NCBI RefSeq assembly: GCF_001194135.2
Contig: NC_068986.1
Location: 85,689,009 to 85,722,376, forward strand
Origin: Octopus bimaculoides
Taxonomy: Eukaryota
Length of the DNA stretch: 33,368 nucleotides
Direction of reading: 5' to 3'
The position numbers and the translations under genes are program-made. The notes under the pieces were generated by a model. The model did no database searches. It was not told the DNA's origin and saw nothing but the letters and a program-made list of their open reading frames with translations. Of the stretch, positions 25,810-33,368 are shown in pieces; within the stretch, counting starts at the first letter, position 1, and every line of letters starts with the position of its first letter.

Positions 25810-26887
25810 AGCGCTTATGTATCCATATGTTTGTGTACGCGCGCGCGCGTCTGTGTGTATATATATATATATAAATAAAGAAATATATATGTATATATGT
25901 GTATGTGTACTTTTGTATGCATGTGTGTCTTTGTGTGTGTGCGTATGCATATGTGTATATATTCATACTCACACACAAACACACACACCTATATGCACAT
26001 ACATAGAAATACTAATACATGTATCATGGGAGCATATACATGTGTGAGTTGCTTTTTCACGAATACATATTACAAAATGACCCCCTCCTAGACACTATGG
26101 CACTAAGTTACCTAACGGCCCAGTGCCCACTAGTTCAAAATCCGCCTCTCCTTAGCAATATGTGAGCATCGGCTATGATATGTCGGACAGTCTGAAATCG
26201 TCGTCATAAGCGTGTCCTTCTACACAACTATATATTTTGTAAAAATTAATTTAATATATACAGTTTCTAACTCTTGGAGAAAACCCCATATGCTAGAAGC
26301 TGGACGGCATTTTACCAGGAGCACAAGTATTAAGAAATCATCATCCAAATCACGAAATTTGTCTCAGTGCATTGTACATCTCTCAACATATCACTCTTCT
26401 TTATGGCAATAAATCGTTTTGGTCCCTTGCCAAAACGGTCTCTTTAATTCCCATTCACTTCTTCATTATAATGATTCTATGAGTTTACCTCTTTCCCAAC
26501 ATTCCTCGCCTGATAGGCATCCAACTCCACATGGTACGCACAATGTAAATCACTTTTAATATTATCAGTTTTCTATTAGTCTATCATCACATGTATAACC
26601 ATGTGAAAAAGTAAAACCGATCGCTTCAAACCAACGTGACGGTTGGTCTTGAAAATGTCACGTTATCTTCTAATATATCCTTTCCATTACTACGCTATCC
26701 CTCAGACTCCCTGTGTACCCGGGTCTCACTATGACTATCTCCACGTTGATATTACTGCGAAAAATAAACAGGGTCTCCAATATATGTCCCGTAATGGAAC
26801 GATGCGATATGTAGGAATCACTAAAATAAGAACAAAACATACACATAGCTACTGGTTACGATATAATGGATTAAGATCCTCCGATAG

Positions 26888-26935
26888 AGTGCACCAGCTT
26901 GGCCGCAGTCTACTGACTGAATTCAGAAAGAGAGA
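26888..26935 (+). mobile_element. 3' fragment of SINE family A
   Basis: gtgcaccagcttggccgcagtctactgactga matches the reverse complement of about 5550-5582 (gtgctccagcatggccgcagtcaaatgactta). Confidence 0.65.
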
Positions 26936-27679
26936 GTTTATTTTTCTACAAAACAAGCACACACACACTCACGCATATGTAATCATATATGTACGCATGT
27001 ATGTATATCCGTACATACATACATATTCACCACTTCTTGTGAATTATATTGAAGTAATCAATACAATACATTTCTTTTAAAATATCCAGCAGTTTGACAA
27101 ACGACCCAAATGTGTGATTTTGCTGAAGTGATTGGGCGTACTTAATTATATAAAACATTGTACTGAATGTAACTTTTACACTAATTCACACAATAACCCC
27201 CATCTCACTTTCCCTCTCTCTCTCCCTCTTTTTATCTTTTTCATGCACAATATCTTTTTCTCTCTTCCTACCATTGTCACACCAACTCACACATATACAC
27301 ACACTGACCTCAAGATACTTACCTACGCTCAAGTATATATATGCTATAATCAAGGATGCTGGAATATCTTGTGACTTCTCGGGACTTCATTAGGTTAAGT
27401 ACTATTGAAGCACAAAGAATGGTTTCAGGAACATTCTTGCTCCAGTAACTGCGCAACGGCAAAACAATTAGCAAATTCTTCGCGATAATGATATATTTGT
27501 AATTAAGGTCATCATAATTTAGCTATATGTCACATTTTATGTGAACTTAAATAGTGAATAGTCAATAGTCAATAATAGACATAGACCTGCGTGTCTATGT
27601 CTATTTATGTGATATTTAGAACAATGATGTACGTGAAAATTCATACATAAGTCTTGTATCACATTCATTGATTTTATTG

Positions 27680-27815
27680 TCAGATTGCTTGTCTCATAAT
27701 CATGAGATCGATGTTCGATTCCTGTGTGAAATGGTGTGTTGTGTCCTTCAGTAAGGCACATTATTTCTTATTGCTCCAGTTTATTCAAATGAAATGAGTA
27801 CCAGCTTAATACGAG
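27680..27815 (+). mobile_element. Degenerate SINE family B copy
   Basis: B box GTTCGATTCC at 27713-27722, then gtgttgtgtccttcagtaaggcacattatttc...ttgctccagt, paralleling the 6526-6765 copy. Confidence 0.65.
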
Positions 27816-28383
27816 GGCAGCTCTTTCTACTTCCACCAGTCACATTCTGTATGTGACTGAAAGAGAGGATGTATCGAGAGAGTCTCTACGTCAGCTCGTG
27901 GCTACATAAGTAATTAAGACAATTAGTGAAAGTATACTATATGTTATTAAATCACGCAACCTATATGTATATTCTATACCTACGTTCTCTATCAGAATAA
28001 ATTACATTTATATTAAACCCATATTATTTTCACATAATTGCATTCATTGTTAATAACTTAATTAAATGAGATATACATATCTATACTTATTCGACATTAA
28101 TAGTTATGATTTGTTTGATATTAATATATAAGTTCTATGTGACGTTTATAACTATGTTCTACATGCTAATCGGATCTATATCTTATGATATTCAACGTAC
28201 ATTCTGAATGATATTCATACCTATATTTGTGATACGTATAACTATACTATTACTGTACTTATACATATTCTTTGATATCCGCTTTAATGCATTAATTTTG
28301 CTAATTCACCGATTTCTAACGTTTAATATGAAATAAATAAATCAATTAACATTATCAAGTTGGATATCGATAATTTGAAATGA

Positions 28384-28850
28384 ATGGTGGTGGTGGCACT
28401 CCGTCGGTTACGACGACGAGAGTGCCAGTTGATCCGATCAACGGAACAGCCTGCTCGTGAAATTAACGTGCAAGTGGCTGAGCATTCCACAGACACGTGT
28501 ACCCTTAACGTAGTTCTCGAGGAGATTCAGCGTGGCACAGAGTGTGACAAGGCTGGCCCTTNNNNNNNNNNCGTGTACCCTTAACGTAGTTCTCGAGGAG
28601 ATTCAGCGTGGCACAGAGTGTGACAAGGCTGGCCCTTTGAAATGCAGGTACAACAGAAACAGGAAGAAAGAGTGAGAGAAAGTTGTGGTGAAAGAGTACA
28701 GCAGGGTTTACCACCACCCCTGCCGGAGCCACGTGGAGCTTTAGGTGTTTTCGCGCAATAAACACTCACAACGCCCAGTTTGGGAATCGAAACTGCGATC
28801 CTAAGATCACGTGTCCGCTGCTCTAACCACTGGGCCATTGCTCCTCCACA
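28384..28850 (-). mobile_element. tRNA-derived SINE (family D), copy 1
   Basis: Minus-strand head TGTGGAGGAGCAATGGCCCAGTGGTTAGAGC (A box) and GTTTCGATTCCC (B box), with a (CCA)n tail. Collinear and highly similar to 29780-30167. Confidence 0.88.
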
Positions 28851-29339
28851 TTTGAAATGAATAACGTTACACTGCTAATACTAATGACGGACGAAGCCTC
28901 TCTGTGTCGCTAGTCTTACGAGAATGAACAGCCAAGTCTTCTTTATCTAACTCCACTGTCTACGTAACAAATGACATGAACACGGTATTTTCTTGGACGT
29001 AGTTTCTTTTCGATCTTATTTCTGCTCGATTAGTGCCTACCGAGGAATAAACAACAGCAGTAAGTTGTACAGTTTGTATTGATCCAGGAAGACCAAATCT
29101 AAAATCGCCCTCAACGTGTCTGTGGCTCAAAAACGTTAATTACGTTAGTGGTTCTGTTATTATTTCATAGACGTATTTAATTTGAACTTGGCATATAAAA
29201 TATCATAAGTGAAACTTCGTAAATGACGTCCACTGGGATCGATTGTTTAATATACCAGAATTAGCCGACAAATCATATTTGATATCAACACTTACCATAT
29301 TAAGAAAGTTAAAACCGTTCGATAATAATGTTTTTAAAA

Positions 29340-29535
29340 TTTGGCACAATGCCATCAATTTCGGATGAAGGGGCTAGTCGATTACTTCGATCTCAGTGCT
29401 TAACTTGTAGTTAATTTATCGACCCCGAAAGGATGAAAGGCAAAGCCGGCCTCTGCGGAAATTGAACATGCAACGTAAAAATGGACAAACTACCGCTAAA
29501 CATTTTGCTTAGCGTTGTAACATTACACAACTTGC
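29340..29535 (-). mobile_element. tRNA-derived SINE (family C) copy
   Basis: Contains CTTTCATCCTTTCGGGGTCGATAAATTAAC on the minus strand and a degraded B box GTTCAATTTCC; similar to 330-508. Confidence 0.75.
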
Positions 29536-29779
29536 ATACAAAAAAAAAAACAAAGAGAAAGAGTGAGAGAGATGGGACGGCATAGTTACAGTACCTTAGC
29601 TCAAATGGCAACTAAATCAGAGGTGAGGCCTTGGACTAAACAACAACAAAACGTATGAGCAGTAACAACAGCAGCAACAACGAAAACATCGACGTCCATA
29701 ACAAAACACGACTTCAACAGCATTGGAGATGAGAACTATCATAATAGCAGCAACAGATCAGTATCAATGTCGACGACGG

Positions 29780-30167
29780 TTGTTGTTGGCACTCCGTCGC
29801 TTCCGACGTCGAGGGTTCCAGTTGATCCGATCAACAGAACAGCCTGCTCGTGAAATTAACATGCAAGTGGCTGAGCACTCCACAGACACGTGTACCCTTA
29901 ATGTAGTTCTCGGGGATATTCAGTGTGACACAGTATGACAAGGCTGACCCTTTGAATTACAGGTACAACAAAAAACAGGAAGTAAGAGTGAGAGAAAGTT
30001 GTGGTGAAAAAGTACGGCAGGGTTCGCCACCATCCCCTGCCGGAGCGTCGTGGTGCTTTAGGTGTTTTTCGCTCAATAAACACTCACAACGCTCTGTCTG
30101 GGAATCGAAACCGCGATCCTATGACCGCGAGTCAGCTGCCCTAACCACTGGGCCATTTCGCCTCCGC
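29780..30167 (-). mobile_element. tRNA-derived SINE (family D), copy 2
   Basis: Head GCGGAGGCGAAATGGCCCAGTGGTTAGGGC, B box GTTTCGATTCCC, (CAA)n tail; aligns along its length with 28384-28850. Confidence 0.88.
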
Positions 30168-30827
30168 GTCGACGATGGTAACAACTCTAAATAAAACAAC
30201 ACCAACAGAAACAACGACTTTTACAACAAAAGTGAAAATAAAGGGTTGGGGTAAGAAGAGTTTCTTCTCCGTCGTTCGAAGTACTGCAAGTAGCGCTCGA
30301 AACTGTCTTTTTCTTCAAAAGAAAAAAACAAAAATTTAATGTAACNNNNNNNNNNNNNNNNNNNNNNNNNNNNNNNNNNNNNNNNNNNNNNNNNNNNNNN
30401 NNNNNNNNNNNNNNNNNNNNNNNNNNNNNNNNNNNNNNNNNNNNNNNNNNNNNNNNNNNNNNNNNNNNNNNNNNNNNNNNNNNNNNNNNNNNNNNNNNNN
30501 NNNNNNNNNNNNNNNNNNNNNNNNNNNNNNNNNNNNNNNNNNNNNNNNNNNNNNNNNNNNNNNNNNNNNNNNNNNNNNNNNNNNNNNNNNNNNNNNNNNN
30601 NNNNNNNNNNNNNNNNNNNNNNNNNNNNNNNNNNNNNNNNNNNNNNNNNNNNNNNNNNNNNNNNNNNNNNNNNNNNNNNNNNNNNNNNNNNNNNNNNNNN
30701 NNNNNNNNNNNNNNNNNNNNNNNNNNNNNNNNNNNNNNNNNNNNNNNNNNNNNNNNNNNNNNNNNNNNNNNNNNNNNNNNNNNNNNNNNNNNNNNNNNNN
30801 NNNNNNNNNNNNNNNNNNNNNNNNNNN

Positions 30828-30885
30828 ACCACCATCGTCCTCGTTATCATCATCATTATCATCATCATCTGCATCATAATATGCA

Positions 30886-30937
<52 letters not shown>

Positions 30938-32319
30938 ACACTGCTTCAGCTACAACTACAAAGTAAAGTAACAGCAGAAATAAATTATTAACAACGGCAA
31001 CACCAATCACAACAACACTTTAAAACAAATATTAATAATACAAAACCCAAACTAACCACAATAACAACTGTTGACTTGAGAAATGGAAGCAAATGCTGAT
31101 TGTGCGGAGAAGCAAAGAGGAAGTGGAACTCTAGAGAGTAAAGAAACAATAAATGTGAATGAGGTTGATGGAATTAAAGAAATGATATGGTGTCGCTGCA
31201 TTTCTTGAAATGATGCCTTCCGGTCGCTACAACCATCAATGATGAACAGTTGATGATATTATGGTGCGATGATTGAGTTAATGGTAAATGGTTGACCTCG
31301 TTAGATGATGGATGGCTGTCTTAATGATATTGTGGTGGTGAGAGTGATGGTCATGATTCGTTTTGAGGTGGTGCATGTGATGGTGGGGGTACTTGAGTTC
31401 GACTTCAAGGTGGTGGGGTTTGTAGATGTGCAGTTGAAGGTATGAAAAGGCATGAGGAGAGGAAGCAGATGTAATGATGAAGGTACGAGGAATCAAGCTG
31501 TGATAGACTACGTGACGGTGGACGTAGGGTTAAAAAGGTGGGTGAGATGGTTGTAGGTGGCTTAGGTTTGGATTGTAGTGGTGGTTGTGAAAGTGGGTGG
31601 AGGTATATCAGGTTCGTGGTGTGGTGGTGTTGGATGTGACGATGGGGCCACTAGTGATCAAACAGGGCATTATGGTCGACATACTAAAGTTTCAATCAGT
31701 TGGAGTAGAAATGATGAGGGAAGTATTCGAGGTTCAAGTTTAGGTGGTGGATGTGCTTGTGCAGGTACTAAGGTCACGAAAAGAGGCGGTGGATGTTGCG
31801 GGGTGTTACTAATAGTTCTAGTTGTGGTAGTAGATACGATGGAGACGGTAGTAGAGGGATAACTACTGGGTGGATATGAGGATGGACGTGGATATGAAGG
31901 TGGTGCTGATACAGGTTAAGCCTGAGGTGGTTGATGTGATGTTGAAGATACAACACGTTGCCGCTGTGTTAGTGGATGTAATGAGGGAGGTACCACGAGT
32001 TTGGCCTGTAGTGAGAGATGTGGTGATGGAGATACCAGAGGTCTGACCTTGGGTCGTGGTACTGATTGTGGAAGCACCAGATGTTCAAACAGTGGTAGTG
32101 TTTAAGATGACGGAGTTACAATTGGTTGGAGTTGTGTTGGTGAATGTGATTGTGGAGATAGTAAGTGCCGGGATTGAGGCGATGTATATGACTACGCTAG
32201 CTATTGCTAGTACGGCATCGGTTAAGATGATTATAATTTTGGCATTCGTGGTCAAGAAGTTTGTGATAAGAGTAGTTGTGGAAGTTGCGGTTATTGTAGT
32301 GGTGATGGCCATGGATACA

Positions 32320-32388
<69 letters not shown>

Positions 32389-32650
32389 TGACAGTAATGG
32401 TCGTGGTACTGATAGGACTGTTAGAGTATTGGAGAAGGAGAAGCATATTTTGATAGCTATTGATTGCGATAATTATATTGGTAATTTCAGAGGTGATGAT
32501 TTCGGAGGTAGCAATGCTGGTGTTTGTAGATATTGGATTTCATTGTAGTGGTAAAATAATGACGGTCCAGGTGACTTTTAATGTTTGAGTAAATGCTTTC
32601 CGGTGATATATACTGAAGACGATCTTGGTAACGGTTGTGTTTCTGTTATA
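30828..32650 (-). repeat. Long degenerate period-3 low-complexity tract (Thr/Ser-rich when read on minus), with perfect (TAC)n at 30887-30937 and (GTA)n at 32327-32386
   Basis: Minus strand keeps returning to ACN/TCN codons (e.g. TSGASTISTTTQGQTSGISITTSLTTGQTRGTSLITSTNT) across multiple stops and frame switches. Confidence 0.8.
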
Positions 32651-33204
32651 GTTCTTAAAACTAAAGTTCTATGTTAATTACCACAATTTCTTCAACCAGA
32701 AATATGATGACACATATATACTTGAAAGTCCCTGAACTAAAAGATATAGATGAGTGCCAAATAGGAATATGAAGGAAGTTTGTCAAACAATATTCATATC
32801 TTGACACTTTTGTTGCTGCCCTTGCTGTTTAGCTCCAGTTCAACTCTGATAGAGTATCAAGAGTGTTATGCCCGTAATGAATCTCCCGTGAAAAATATAT
32901 AGGATATCAGATTCGGCTGTTATGTCAGTACTTGATGTATGTCACTAAGGAACACAAAACAAGGAGAAAATACGTGATCTGGTAGTTCCGGAAGCGATAA
33001 GTGACGGTTCTCGTCTATCAACGATATGAATATGAATACATATGCACCACGACTCCATATAATATTTCCTCTCAAGGTAAATAATGCAGATTTCTGTGTT
33101 TTAACACGAAATCCACGTTACGTTTGAGGTAAGTATAGCTTTTGATATTAATACTGTTTCTGTCGCTGTTTATTTTGATATATCGCTCCTTTGCGCCACA
33201 TGGG

Positions 33205-33368
33205 CTCAACTCCCCTCCACTCTTCATCTAACCCCCTCCTCCTGTCTCTCTCCCCCACCCTCCCTCCTACCACCCATCTCTCCCCTCCCCCACCTCCTGC
33301 TCCGATTCCTACTTCTTTGTACGTCTCTTCACCTCTCTTCATACTTCTCTCCACTCCCACTTCTCTTC
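33205..33368. repeat. C/T-rich polypyrimidine low-complexity tract
   Basis: Read directly; the plus strand is strongly C/T-rich. Confidence 0.85.

Noticed and set aside
26115-26134. Possible Helitron 3' end (GGCCCAGTGCCCACTAGT)
   Set aside because: The hairpin is only 3-4 bp and no matching 5' end was found.
28770-28850. tRNA-like sequence (also at 30095-30167, 5840-5915 and 6690-6765)
   Set aside because: A and B boxes are present but there is no complete cloverleaf, and each continues into a SINE body; not tRNA genes.
32742-32771. Plus-strand DIDECQIGI, resembling a calcium-binding EGF start
   Set aside because: Followed immediately by a stop, with no remaining EGF cysteine pattern or splice signals; likely chance.
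32920-32944. Strong minus-strand acceptor (TTCTCCTTGTTTTGTGTTCCTTAG) upstream of the Thr-rich tract
   Set aside because: All three phases stop within 8 codons, so it cannot be a coding entry to the tract; a non-coding exon is not excluded.

Overview
AT-rich eukaryotic scaffold, about 12% N in twelve gaps, most of them flanked by (TA)n. It is saturated with microsatellites and decayed transposons. The repeat types suggest a cephalopod such as Octopus; this is inference from recalled repeat families, not a database result. I cannot recognise an intact host protein-coding gene, and nearly all long ORFs in the track are microsatellite or N artefacts. Supported content: two R4/Dong-like LINE remnants (1-327 and about 19790-20395), a Tigger/pogo transposase remnant (about 4380-5320), two different Penelope-like element (PLE) remnants with GIY-YIG endonuclease (about 13984-15302 and 18310-18999), and several tRNA-derived SINEs. 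The best finding is a minus-strand hammerhead ribozyme with an intact catalytic core at 9403-9492. It has the PLE-type palindromic mini stem III, an unusually long structured stem II, and a downstream copy of the palindrome that could block it. A decayed motif of similar shape lies downstream of the second PLE, and the first PLE ends in an inverted copy of its own 3' end. These belong to known classes (PLE pseudo-LTR hammerheads); I see no clear evidence for a wholly new system.
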